From the UHGV virus genome UHGV-0076294: a stretch of 64,000 nt of DNA; one strand, written 5' to 3'. Source of the DNA: a virus. Positions 27,829 to 36,453 of this stretch are shown here, piece by piece; position 1 is the first letter of the stretch; every line of letters starts with the position of its first letter. Both the position numbers and the translations under genes were made by a program. The notes below the pieces were generated by a model. That model was not told the origin of the DNA, ran no database searches, and saw only the letters and a program-made list of their open reading frames with translations.

Positions 27829-28377
27829 ATGTTTACAGGATTAATAACACGTTTTAAGAAACGTCTACAGCAAAAGCGTTTACAGGCTCTCAGAGAGTCT
27901 CTAAGGCAGGAGTTTCATAAGAACATCCATAACCCCTGCGCGAGAACGTTTAGCGGCTTACGGTTGCTTACGTTGCCTATAAACGTAGATACCGAACCCT
28001 ACCACCCCAGCTTACGTGGTAATCTCGAGTTACGTATCGCTAATCTCGATATTCTTTACCAACGTCTTGCTTTTTATATCAACGAATACCAACGCACGAT
28101 TAATGGAACCTCTATCGAGTGGTTATCATTGCCAGAGTCGTTAAGTAAACAAAAAGACTCATCGGAAAACCGCTGGTTAGACACTTATTTTGGGACGTCC
28201 AATCCGGCGGTTGCCTATTATAAGCTAACGCAGTTACTCGAGCTTATCGAACCTTACGAAGATATTTTCTTAAAGCCCAAGACCGATGAAGATCGGGCAT
28301 TGGTAAATCACTGTGCACATTTGTTTCGTGAAATGGAGGTACTCATCGAACACTACCTTTTAAACCGACCTGTTTAA
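27829..28377 (+). CDS. hypothetical protein
   Basis: 182-aa ORF; RBS CGGAG. Confidence 0.5.
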   Translation: MFTGLITRFKKRLQQKRLQALRESLRQEFHKNIHNPCARTFSGLRLLTLPINVDTEPYHPSLRGNLELRIANLDILYQRLAFYINEYQRTINGTSIEWLSLPESLSKQKDSSENRWLDTYFGTSNPAVAYYKLTQLLELIEPYEDIFLKPKTDEDRALVNHCAHLFREMEVLIEHYLLNRPV

Positions 28378-28410
28378 TAATCAGTTAACCCCTTGTAACA
28401 AGGTGAAGTG

Positions 28411-29223
28411 ATGGATAACGAAGCAAAAGCAAAACTGCAACGAGACGAAGAAGAACGTGCGGGTAAACCGTTGCAAAAACTTTACTGGGAATATAAAACT
28501 CAGATTGGGTGGGAACCTAAAGATTATAAGCTTGCAGTTGCAAGACACATCCTGTCCCCTGATTTCCGCACACGTTCGAAGGCCGTTCTCGAAGATCGAG
28601 TACAACGCATCTCAACGAAACTTACCTCAGGTAACAACCGTGACTTACCAGTTGACCTCACGTGGCGAGGTTTCACGGAAGGGTTAGTGATTACCGGGGT
28701 GGAATCGTTGAGAATCTGTATAACGACTTACCGTGGACGTTTCCAGACAAAAACCATTTCTGAAGTCACCACACGAGTGCGTGACGATCTTATCCGCTAC
28801 GATTTTGAAGACTGTAACGAGAAACCGACGGCCAGTGCTAGTACGGAACTGAATCGTTTCTTCCGAGATTGTGCGGGGACAGCAAAGACGATGGAGCACC
28901 CCCTTTCGAGACTCCTGTGGACAATCTTTGCGAATATCAAAATGACTTCGGATTGGTGGCATCGACTTTCAACGAACTATGTTAATAATCCAGAGAACTG
29001 TCTTCCTATCGCTTCTAAACGCAATGACATGCGGCACAATATGCAGCACAACATGCGACTGAAAAAGAAGCTGTCTTGGAAATGGTTTATGAGGATACTC
29101 AAGGCGATTGATGTGAAGAAATTCGATATTCTGTTGACGTTAAAACGCAAAAACGACAACAAGATTTACGAAGTCGTTCACACGGTTGACCTCGAGGCTT
29201 ATCAATTTCGGAGTACAGAATGA
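28411..29223 (+). CDS. hypothetical protein
   Basis: ATG 28411 follows AAGGTGAAG RBS (ORF track begins at GTG 28408); 270 aa. Confidence 0.5.
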   Translation: MDNEAKAKLQRDEEERAGKPLQKLYWEYKTQIGWEPKDYKLAVARHILSPDFRTRSKAVLEDRVQRISTKLTSGNNRDLPVDLTWRGFTEGLVITGVESLRICITTYRGRFQTKTISEVTTRVRDDLIRYDFEDCNEKPTASASTELNRFFRDCAGTAKTMEHPLSRLLWTIFANIKMTSDWWHRLSTNYVNNPENCLPIASKRNDMRHNMQHNMRLKKKLSWKWFMRILKAIDVKKFDILLTLKRKNDNKIYEVVHTVDLEAYQFRSTE

Positions 29224-30494
29224 AACTCGATCAGATAACCGGCCAGATTAACAAAGGTCAATCGGCTATCGACAACTCGGTTAATACCGCGAAGAATGCG
29301 GTTAACCGAGTACAGTCTACGGTAGAGAACGCCGAACGTGGCATTCAGAATACCGTAGATAAAGTCAGCCAGCTTTCCGATCGTGCCGGTGAAACCTTTA
29401 ACAAACTCATCAGCGGTGGAAGTGAACTGACCTCAAAAATCGGTAACCTATTCGGCGGTAGTGACATTGCCAGCGTGGGGGGTACCAAAACAGCAGGCAG
29501 CTCCACCTCCGGTGTTTCCCCAGGACAAAAAGTTCCTGGGTTTGCTTCTAACACTAAAGAGACACTACCTGTTCTCGATCCGCAGAAGCGTGATGTTTCA
29601 GAACCTTTCAAAAAGGTTAATGAGGAAGGGCTTAAAGCACTAGGGTATCTGTCACCCGGTGACTCAGGAAGTTTACTGGGCAAAGGTTGGGACAGCATTT
29701 CGTCGCTGAGTGATTCTCTTCTATCAGGAATTGGTACTGACTTCTCCTCCGTGAAGAAGCGTCTCGAAGGAACGCTGAATATCGCAGGTCAACTGGCTAA
29801 GCTTCCTTCAGAAATCAGTCATGAAGTCAACAACTTTATGTCTGAAGTCAACAGTATGCGTTACCAGATAACCTCGGTTATTGATGACGTACAACACACG
29901 TTTGACAGCTATAAAGACCTTGACGATTTCTTAGCCATCGACAACTTGATTAACAGTTTCAAAGGCAGCGACAGTTTTTCAGCGTTAGACATTAACACGT
30001 CGTCTGCTTTGATCTACGGTCTGTCTACGAAACTTAACAGTTACGGATTGCCTGCAAAAATCGACCCGATGATTCAGGCTATCAGTGACGATCAAGCAAA
30101 AGAGGCGCTTTACGGGGAGCTGATGATTCAAGCTGCTGCTACCGGTAACTTGGACTCAACAGAATATTACCTGAACAAACTTCAGGAAGGTCAGGGCAAA
30201 CAGATTGCGGAAACCGTGATTCAAAACATCATGGCTAACTTGCGTGTGGAAACCGGTACGAGTTTTAGTACGTACGGTACACGAATGTTAGCATTATTTA
30301 AAGCACTTGATGCCAAATGGGATAAAACGAAAAACGTTACTCCTGAAACTACCGAACTGAAACTTTATACTTACGCAGGCGCTAACGCGATACAAGCGCT
30401 GATGACCACCGAAAAACGTAACTACGTTTTAGCGGCAGGTAGTGTAAGTTATCAGTCTACCGATGAAATCGTGGAAGACTACTTTGCAATCTAA
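29220..30494 (+). CDS. hypothetical Ser/Gly/Thr-rich protein
   Basis: 424-aa ORF with low-complexity S/G/T-rich N-terminal half; start overlaps previous stop (ATGA). Confidence 0.55.
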   Translation: MKLDQITGQINKGQSAIDNSVNTAKNAVNRVQSTVENAERGIQNTVDKVSQLSDRAGETFNKLISGGSELTSKIGNLFGGSDIASVGGTKTAGSSTSGVSPGQKVPGFASNTKETLPVLDPQKRDVSEPFKKVNEEGLKALGYLSPGDSGSLLGKGWDSISSLSDSLLSGIGTDFSSVKKRLEGTLNIAGQLAKLPSEISHEVNNFMSEVNSMRYQITSVIDDVQHTFDSYKDLDDFLAIDNLINSFKGSDSFSALDINTSSALIYGLSTKLNSYGLPAKIDPMIQAISDDQAKEALYGELMIQAAATGNLDSTEYYLNKLQEGQGKQIAETVIQNIMANLRVETGTSFSTYGTRMLALFKALDAKWDKTKNVTPETTELKLYTYAGANAIQALMTTEKRNYVLAAGSVSYQSTDEIVEDYFAI

Positions 30495-30504
30495 GAGGCC
30501 GGAT

Positions 30505-31326
30505 ATGTCCGAACCACAATTACTGCGCTCCGTATTAAAGAAAATCAAAAGTCAAAGTGAAGACATTCAATCACTGGCTTTAACGCTCGGTTATGCGCCG
30601 GGTGACTTACGTTCTAAATCCTACGTGAACGCGTCAAGCATTGTACTCACGCCTGATGAGCTCCTTGCTTATGTCCTATACCTGAGACGGTTAGGCTATG
30701 TTTGTGCTTTACCTGAACAACTCCCGTTTACCGATGGGGTGAACCACATCAACTTTTACTCCAACGGTCGTACTACCGTGGGTAAGATGATCAGTAACTT
30801 CTACGCGAAACCTGACGGGTCAAAATTCGACACGATACACGGTCAGTTCCTGACGTTAGAAGGTTACTATCACTACTTGCGTATCGTTGACTACATGTTA
30901 CACATGGGTTACTCGATTAAAACGATGGGACGTCTGGAGACTGAATTTCCTGATATTCTTCGTTTACGTACGTTAACGGGTGCTGAGTGTATTCAGTTAG
31001 GTCGTCGATTAAAAGCGGCAATTTACGGGAAAACGGATTACCGTCCCGGTGAGTTTAGTAGCTACGCGACTGGCGCATTTAAGAATGCGCTGCTGCGTAA
31101 GTTGCACCTGTTGCAATACGACGGGTCTTGTTTAGGTAATACCCTGTCTTACTGCCATTCGATGAATCTTCCGTTCTTGCATTATTACGTCATGAACGGT
31201 CGGGTGATTACACCACCACATTCTGAATGGCTTCCTAATCTGGTGGTTTCTATTGTTGAAAACATCGACTATAACGACTCGACGTTCGATATTACGGACG
31301 TCAGTGAACGTATGGGATTAATCTAA
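30505..31326 (+). CDS. hypothetical protein
   Basis: Start set at ATG 30505 after AAGAGG RBS (ORF track 30463 lies inside previous gene). Confidence 0.5.
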   Translation: MSEPQLLRSVLKKIKSQSEDIQSLALTLGYAPGDLRSKSYVNASSIVLTPDELLAYVLYLRRLGYVCALPEQLPFTDGVNHINFYSNGRTTVGKMISNFYAKPDGSKFDTIHGQFLTLEGYYHYLRIVDYMLHMGYSIKTMGRLETEFPDILRLRTLTGAECIQLGRRLKAAIYGKTDYRPGEFSSYATGAFKNALLRKLHLLQYDGSCLGNTLSYCHSMNLPFLHYYVMNGRVITPPHSEWLPNLVVSIVENIDYNDSTFDITDVSERMGLI

Positions 31327-31985
31327 TGGGATTGTTCGATACCCTAGCGCGGCTGGATAAAGCGCAGGAAGAAGAAATCATTCGTGTTGCTGGTGAGTCC
31401 ATTAAACACGAAGTCGAAAAGGAATACTGCGTTTGGGTAAAACCTACGCAAGCGGGATGGGATTGGCTCCACGCACAAGAAGCCAAGATGTTCATGGACA
31501 TTCTCATGCCGATAGAAGGTGGGCGTCGTCGTATCCGTATTAAAGAAGACGGTACGGCACAGCTAACGCTTAAGCGTAAGTTCCAGGACGGAAAGGTTGA
31601 AGAGAATTCGGATATCGGTATTAGTTCCGCACTCTCTTTTTACAAAGACGGTTATTTGGCACACCTGGTGAAACGTATTCACTTAGAGCCGGGTGAATTA
31701 GCCGAGAAAGGGGCTAAGCATTGGGATATTGATATTTTCACTATCACCACCGGACACCCTGCCATTGAAGTTTCAGCTGACTTTAACGATCTCATCACCG
31801 AGATGCGTAGTAGCACCAGCGTTGGTGACTGGGTGAAAGTTGAACTGGAAGTCGAACGTTACGAGATTGCAGATGTGCTGTCTGTAATTCCGTTTGAGTT
31901 TGACGGCCATATTCCGGCTACGCCGAAAGATCCTGAAGACCAAGAATATCTTCGTGATTACTGGGATTCAGTTACCCGTATGTAA
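31326..31985 (+). CDS. CYTH-like (triphosphate tunnel metalloenzyme-like) protein, tentative
   Basis: Pattern HEVEKEY, then RRRIRIKEDGTAQLTLKRK, then KVELEVERYE resembles CYTH hallmarks (ExExK; RxR...LTxK; ExE). Spacing of first motif imperfect. Confidence 0.4.
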   Translation: MGLFDTLARLDKAQEEEIIRVAGESIKHEVEKEYCVWVKPTQAGWDWLHAQEAKMFMDILMPIEGGRRRIRIKEDGTAQLTLKRKFQDGKVEENSDIGISSALSFYKDGYLAHLVKRIHLEPGELAEKGAKHWDIDIFTITTGHPAIEVSADFNDLITEMRSSTSVGDWVKVELEVERYEIADVLSVIPFEFDGHIPATPKDPEDQEYLRDYWDSVTRM

Positions 31986-31991
31986 CACCTA

Positions 31992-32028
31992 CCCTACTCC
32001 CAGACAGGAGTAGGGTATTTTCATTTTT
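31992..32028 (+). terminator. intrinsic terminator (CCCTACTCC family)
   Basis: CCCTACTCC-cagaca-GGAGTAGGG followed by TATTTTCATTTTT. Confidence 0.7.
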
Positions 32029-32048
32029 ACCCTAAAGGAGAATTTACC

Positions 32049-32417
32049 ATGCAAGCTCAGTTTTTTAATACCCCCAACGGGTTCGGTTTTAGATTCCCTG
32101 AATTTGTTTTACCAAAACAAGTTATTGAAGTACCCTTCCCCCGTTATGTGCTATTAGGACTGCGCACTGTACTTGCCAACTTTTCGGGAAAGACTGTGGA
32201 AATTCGTGTGTGGTCAGGTTCGGGAAGTCCTGGTGGTGTTTTGTTTGTCGATTACAATTGGATTAAAAGAACAGGTTTTCCGCTTGTACGAAAAGTTGAA
32301 GCTGTACACGGATTATCCTTCCACACTCTACTAGGGGATTTATCGTTTCCTGAAACCGGCGATTATTCTTCTCCTGCGGATGACGAATACCAAATTCATC
32401 TTGTTTTGTTGAAATGA
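32049..32417 (+). CDS. hypothetical protein
   Basis: 122-aa ORF; RBS AAAGGAGAA. Confidence 0.45.
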   Translation: MQAQFFNTPNGFGFRFPEFVLPKQVIEVPFPRYVLLGLRTVLANFSGKTVEIRVWSGSGSPGGVLFVDYNWIKRTGFPLVRKVEAVHGLSFHTLLGDLSFPETGDYSSPADDEYQIHLVLLK

Positions 32418-32477
32418 TTTTTACAGTTGGGAACAAACTTATGTCTCCCAAGACTGCGTTTAAGCGGAGAAACAATT

Positions 32478-32942
32478 ATGCGTGGATATATTCTCGATCT
32501 TGCAATTTCTGTAGAAGAACTTGTGGAAAAACTCGGCGGTACCGGTCATGGGCTTCATGGGAAGACCAAAAGCATAGCTCATATTCTCGAACCAAAATAC
32601 GAACGGAAACTCCACATGATTGCTTCCGTTCGCAACAAAGCCGCTCACAGGAGAATTCTTCCTGATCGCATAGACGACTATGAACAGGCTGTGGAAGAAA
32701 CGAGGCTCTATTTAGAAGAGCTGATTGGGGAAGAAGAACGGAAACGTCGTTGTGAAGAGGAAATAAATCCCAGCTGTCTGGAACGCGAAGCGATGTGGAG
32801 AGAACGGGCAGACGAGGCCAAACGACGTAACGAAGAGAAAAGATGGGACGATATGAGTGTAATAGAAAAGATAGGTTGGGGTGCCGGTATTGCAATCATG
32901 GGAGCTGCGGTTGCGTACCTTAAAATAAAGTCTCGTGACTAA
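32478..32942 (+). CDS. HEPN-like protein with C-terminal transmembrane helix, tentative
   Basis: Start set at ATG 32478 after GGAG RBS (ORF track 32427). IASVRNKAAHRR fits the HEPN R-x4-H motif; charged coiled region; C-terminal IGWGAGIAIMGAAVAYL hydrophobic anchor. Confidence 0.35.
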   Translation: MRGYILDLAISVEELVEKLGGTGHGLHGKTKSIAHILEPKYERKLHMIASVRNKAAHRRILPDRIDDYEQAVEETRLYLEELIGEEERKRRCEEEINPSCLEREAMWRERADEAKRRNEEKRWDDMSVIEKIGWGAGIAIMGAAVAYLKIKSRD

Positions 32943-32956
32943 ATCGGGTATCGGAA

Positions 32957-33502
32957 ATGAAACAAATACAGTTAACTGATCACGTTAATGCGTTTAAACA
33001 CTTTCTGGATAACGCGGGTATAAAACCTGGCGAACAGACAGACGCATGGACTGCACGTGTTTACGGAAGTATTGGCAAAGTCTGTGAGTCCACGACAACA
33101 CAGGACGGGTTGTTTGTTGCTAAAGCAGTAGGTATTGCCTTGTGGGATATTGCTGCTTTGGTTTACGTGATGAATAACGGGGATTTACGTCCCCTTGAAA
33201 AATCTTTACACCGACTACTGGCCATTAAGAAATGGAAAAATGAACATCCTGAGTCAATCGCGATTACGTTGATGCCAGAAGCGGTACTTGCTATCAAAGC
33301 GGTACGCAGTTGTACCGCCCGTGCACAAATGGAGCGTCGGTTACATCTCACGACGCTCTTTTATCAATTGGCCAGAATTGTAAAGATGAACGGCCTAATC
33401 TTCGACCGGGTTCTACAGAACGGACGTATAAGTTGGACAGAAGAACTAAGTAGTTCTCCGTTCTATACAAAACTGAAGCTTAAAGATATTTTGAAGGATT
33501 AA
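32957..33502 (+). CDS. hypothetical protein
   Basis: 181-aa ORF; RBS region ATCGGAAATG. Confidence 0.5.
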   Translation: MKQIQLTDHVNAFKHFLDNAGIKPGEQTDAWTARVYGSIGKVCESTTTQDGLFVAKAVGIALWDIAALVYVMNNGDLRPLEKSLHRLLAIKKWKNEHPESIAITLMPEAVLAIKAVRSCTARAQMERRLHLTTLFYQLARIVKMNGLIFDRVLQNGRISWTEELSSSPFYTKLKLKDILKD

Positions 33503-33503
33503 C

Positions 33504-33812
33504 ATGGAAAACTATTCGGGTTGGGCGATTTCGCAGTGCATTGGCTATTCTTTACGTTCTTTAGTGCGTACACTTTATAACAAAAACTCGGGTGAAGCTA
33601 TTACACCGCAGTTATTGGGCAAACTGGAAGTCGAAGTTAACTATAAACTAAAACAGTTACTCGACAACCACGTAAGAACAATGCGTTGGGAGTTCTTGCT
33701 ACGTGGTAAGAAGCCTTCAATTACCGTTGTAGCAGAAGGTAGTGAAATCGTACTGCAATCCAACGCAGACCTGTTTGAAATTTTAACTGAACTAGAAAAG
33801 GACAAAATCTAA
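33504..33812 (+). CDS. hypothetical protein
   Basis: 102-aa ORF; stop overlaps thyA start (TAATG). Confidence 0.5.
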   Translation: MENYSGWAISQCIGYSLRSLVRTLYNKNSGEAITPQLLGKLEVEVNYKLKQLLDNHVRTMRWEFLLRGKKPSITVVAEGSEIVLQSNADLFEILTELEKDKI

Positions 33813-34852
33813 TGAAACAGTATTTAGCGTTAATGCAAGACATTCTGGATAACGGCGTTGTCAAAAAAGACCGTACGGGCGTAGGGACACTTTCTGTATT
33901 TGGTCGCCAACTACGTTTTGACCTGAAAGAAGGTTTCCCATTAGTTACTACGAAAAAGGTTCACCTGAAAAGTATCATTCATGAACTGTTATGGTTCTTG
34001 AACGGTGACACTAACGTGAAGTACCTGCAAGAGAATGGGGTAAGAATCTGGAACGAGTGGGCGAATGAAGAAGGGGAATTAGGCCCTGTCTACGGACACC
34101 AGTGGCGAGAATGGATGGATACCAAACTGGTTTATCTTTGGGACGAGCGTAGCAAGGACGTATTGAGAAAACGAGGATATCGCTACGTTGGGACTATCGC
34201 AAAGGACGATCCTGAAGAAAGTATCGTTATTTATCGCAAATCTCACGACCAGATCAGCAAAGTTATCCAGCAACTTCGTGAAGACCCTGACTCCCGCCGT
34301 ATTATCGTTAGTGCCTGGAACGTAGCCGACCTAGACGATATGGCACTTAACCCATGTCACAACTATTTCCAATTCTACACAACGGAAATGACGTTGCCTG
34401 AACGACTGGATTGGTACGAAGTAAACGAACCGGAAAAATTTGCGAACGCACCACTTATTAATCACGAAGATATCGATAGCGAAGAACGACTTCACGAAAT
34501 TTTAGATCGTGAAGGTATCCCACGTCGTAAACTTTCGTGTTTTTACATGATGCGGAGCAACGATTACCTACTCGGCGCGCCGTTTAACGTCGCTTCTTAC
34601 GCGTTGTTAACCCACATGATTGCTCAACAACTCAATATGGTTCCAGACGAGTTAGTTTACAGTGGCGTGGACGTTCATCTGTACTCTAACCATCTGGAGC
34701 AGGCAAAACTTCAACTTACTCGCGAACCTTACCCGCTACCTAAACTGGTTATCAAACGTAAACCTGATTCTATCTTCGATTACAAATACGAAGACTTCGA
34801 ATTGGTTGGATATCAATCGCACGACACAATTAAAGCTCCCATAGCTGTCTAA
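33812..34852 (+). CDS. thyA: thymidylate synthase (ThyA family) with two internal insertions
   Basis: Near-identity to E. coli ThyA over conserved blocks (MKQYL..., DRTGTGT-like, [17 protein letters not shown], catalytic [29 protein letters not shown]); 346 aa versus ~264. Confidence 0.9.
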   Translation: MKQYLALMQDILDNGVVKKDRTGVGTLSVFGRQLRFDLKEGFPLVTTKKVHLKSIIHELLWFLNGDTNVKYLQENGVRIWNEWANEEGELGPVYGHQWREWMDTKLVYLWDERSKDVLRKRGYRYVGTIAKDDPEESIVIYRKSHDQISKVIQQLREDPDSRRIIVSAWNVADLDDMALNPCHNYFQFYTTEMTLPERLDWYEVNEPEKFANAPLINHEDIDSEERLHEILDREGIPRRKLSCFYMMRSNDYLLGAPFNVASYALLTHMIAQQLNMVPDELVYSGVDVHLYSNHLEQAKLQLTREPYPLPKLVIKRKPDSIFDYKYEDFELVGYQSHDTIKAPIAV

Positions 34853-34859
34853 GGGGTAC

Positions 34860-35156
34860 ATGATGATTAATGAGAAATCGTACGCGGAGTTAACTTCTTT
34901 CGGTATTAGTCGATTAGCTGAACTAAAAACTATCACCGAGCGTGCCGGAATAGCATTGCAGGCCAAAGGTAAGTTTGATCAAGGCGATATCGAAATCTTA
35001 GAAAAGATTTCGGCAACGTTAAAAGACTTACGTGTATTGAATATTCTTGTTGGTAAATTGGGTGGCCTAAGTAACAAGAAATTGGCCGAAATACACGGAG
35101 TGACGCCAAGCCGAATATCTCAAATCATCAGCAAGGCCAAACGAGATTTTCAATAA
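34860..35156 (+). CDS. small DNA-binding protein with sigma-70 region-4-like HTH
   Basis: C-terminal LAEIHGVTPSRISQIISKAKRDF resembles sigma-70 region 4.2 helix-turn-helix; 98 aa. Confidence 0.5.
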   Translation: MMINEKSYAELTSFGISRLAELKTITERAGIALQAKGKFDQGDIEILEKISATLKDLRVLNILVGKLGGLSNKKLAEIHGVTPSRISQIISKAKRDFQ

Positions 35157-35190
35157 GGTTATTTCGCTTGTAGTTAAAAGGAACATTGAA

Positions 35191-35637
35191 ATGTCTAAAA
35201 CTCATGTTAACTATAACATCGTAGTAGAAGAATTATCAAAAGGTTTAACCGACCTGGATTCTAAAGATAACCCATTTACCGATCGTTATGGAGCCAAAGC
35301 TTTATCTGAGTTCCGTACTATCCGCTACGGTACAGGTAGACAGACAGGGCTTACAGACTTTGCTGTCGAGTTAGCTAAGAACCATAAAGGGAAGGTATTA
35401 TTCGTTAATCCAAAAGGGTTCTTAGAGGACGATGTGCTATTCCGTTTGGGTCTCGAAGACTTACCGGAGAATATCACCCAAATCATTGGTTACCAAATGG
35501 GTACAGAAAAAGAAAAATACAGCCTTGTTATTGTAGACAACGCTGGGGTTTTCTTTAGCATTTTCCGTTACATGAAGTTCTTTCGCTTACTGGCAAACTC
35601 AGTAACTAAAGACGTCGTAATACATTTAATGGGTTAA
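35191..35637 (+). CDS. hypothetical protein
   Basis: 148-aa ORF; RBS AAAGGAAC. Confidence 0.5.
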   Translation: MSKTHVNYNIVVEELSKGLTDLDSKDNPFTDRYGAKALSEFRTIRYGTGRQTGLTDFAVELAKNHKGKVLFVNPKGFLEDDVLFRLGLEDLPENITQIIGYQMGTEKEKYSLVIVDNAGVFFSIFRYMKFFRLLANSVTKDVVIHLMG

Positions 35638-35655
35638 TCAGTGGGGGTTAGTTCT

Positions 35656-35826
35656 ATGGAAGAATTAGAGGCGGTTCCCTGTTACATTCCTAGAAGAGGT
35701 GTTATAAAAGAATGTTTCATCGATCGTATTTTGATCTCTCGTATCAAGAAAGGTCCAAGAAAACATCAAACCAAGAAGGTATTTATTTATAAATACTTCG
35801 AAAAGATTCTATTCCAACCTTACTGA
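35656..35826 (+). CDS. small basic protein with KGPxK motif (repeat 1 of 3)
   Basis: 56 aa from ATG 35656 (ORF track begins at GTG 35641); IKKGPRKHQTKKVFIYKY. Confidence 0.3.
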   Translation: MEELEAVPCYIPRRGVIKECFIDRILISRIKKGPRKHQTKKVFIYKYFEKILFQPY

Positions 35827-35854
35827 CTAAATTAACTCAGGGAGTAAATTTGCT

Positions 35855-36052
35855 ATGTTAGACGATGTTCTTAATTTCACGATAATGTATTTCGAACCGA
35901 AGAAGTTCCGTACTATCGCCACACGTTACTGTAAAGGGCCGAACAAAGGACGTAAACGTTTCCAAGTAATTCAACTTGATTATTCCAAGTTCCTTGTAGC
36001 TAATCCATTCGAGCGGAAACCTAATGAAGAAACTGGATTTGGTCAAAATTGA
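35855..36052 (+). CDS. small basic protein with KGPxK motif (repeat 2 of 3)
   Basis: 65 aa; CKGPNKGRKRFQVIQLD; different frame from neighbours. Confidence 0.3.
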   Translation: MLDDVLNFTIMYFEPKKFRTIATRYCKGPNKGRKRFQVIQLDYSKFLVANPFERKPNEETGFGQN

Positions 36053-36239
36053 TTATCTCGTTGGAGGGGTAATTTTTATCGGTTACGCGCATAAACGCAA
36101 AGGTCCTGGTAAATCCAGGACTCGCGGGTTCCGTATAGTGAAAAGAAACCATAATATTAATCCTCTAATAATGGTCTTAGGAAAGCTAACCTTTTTAATT
36201 TCAAAACGTGTGCCATCTTTGGTAAAATTTGGAGAGTAA
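36024..36239 (+). CDS. small basic protein with KGPxK motif (repeat 3 of 3)
   Basis: 71 aa; KRKGPGKSRTRGFRIVKRN; overlaps previous ORF by 29 nt in a third frame. Confidence 0.3.
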   Translation: MKKLDLVKIDYLVGGVIFIGYAHKRKGPGKSRTRGFRIVKRNHNINPLIMVLGKLTFLISKRVPSLVKFGE

Positions 36240-36241
36240 AA

Positions 36242-36385
36242 ATGACTGAAGAAGTTAAAGTAGAAACCGTTAAAGAAACTGACGAATTTGCAATCCCTGG
36301 CTTAGACCCGGAAGCTACTGTAGAGAAGGGTGCTGACCCAACCACGGAAGACGATAACTGCTCAGGCGGGGCTTGCAAAATTTAA
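36242..36385 (+). CDS. small acidic protein (47 aa)
   Basis: Not in ORF track. ATG after GGAGAG RBS; MTEEVKVETVKETDEFAIPGLDPEATVEKGADPTTEDDNCSGGACKI; followed by its own terminator. Confidence 0.35.
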   Translation: MTEEVKVETVKETDEFAIPGLDPEATVEKGADPTTEDDNCSGGACKI

Positions 36386-36393
36386 CAGTTCAC

Positions 36394-36432
36394 GGGGTGC
36401 TTATGTAGCACCCCTAATCCTTATTCTTTTTT
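36394..36432 (+). terminator. intrinsic terminator
   Basis: GGGGTGC-ttatgta-GCACCCC followed by TAATCCTTATTCTTTTTT. Confidence 0.65.
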
Positions 36433-36453
36433 GTTAATCTAATGGAGTTTAAA

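Noticed and set aside
33812-34852. Inteins or a group I intron in the thymidylate synthase gene
   Set aside because: The two extra segments are only about 35 aa each, in frame, without intein splice motifs; the ORF is continuous, so they are insertions, not mobile elements.
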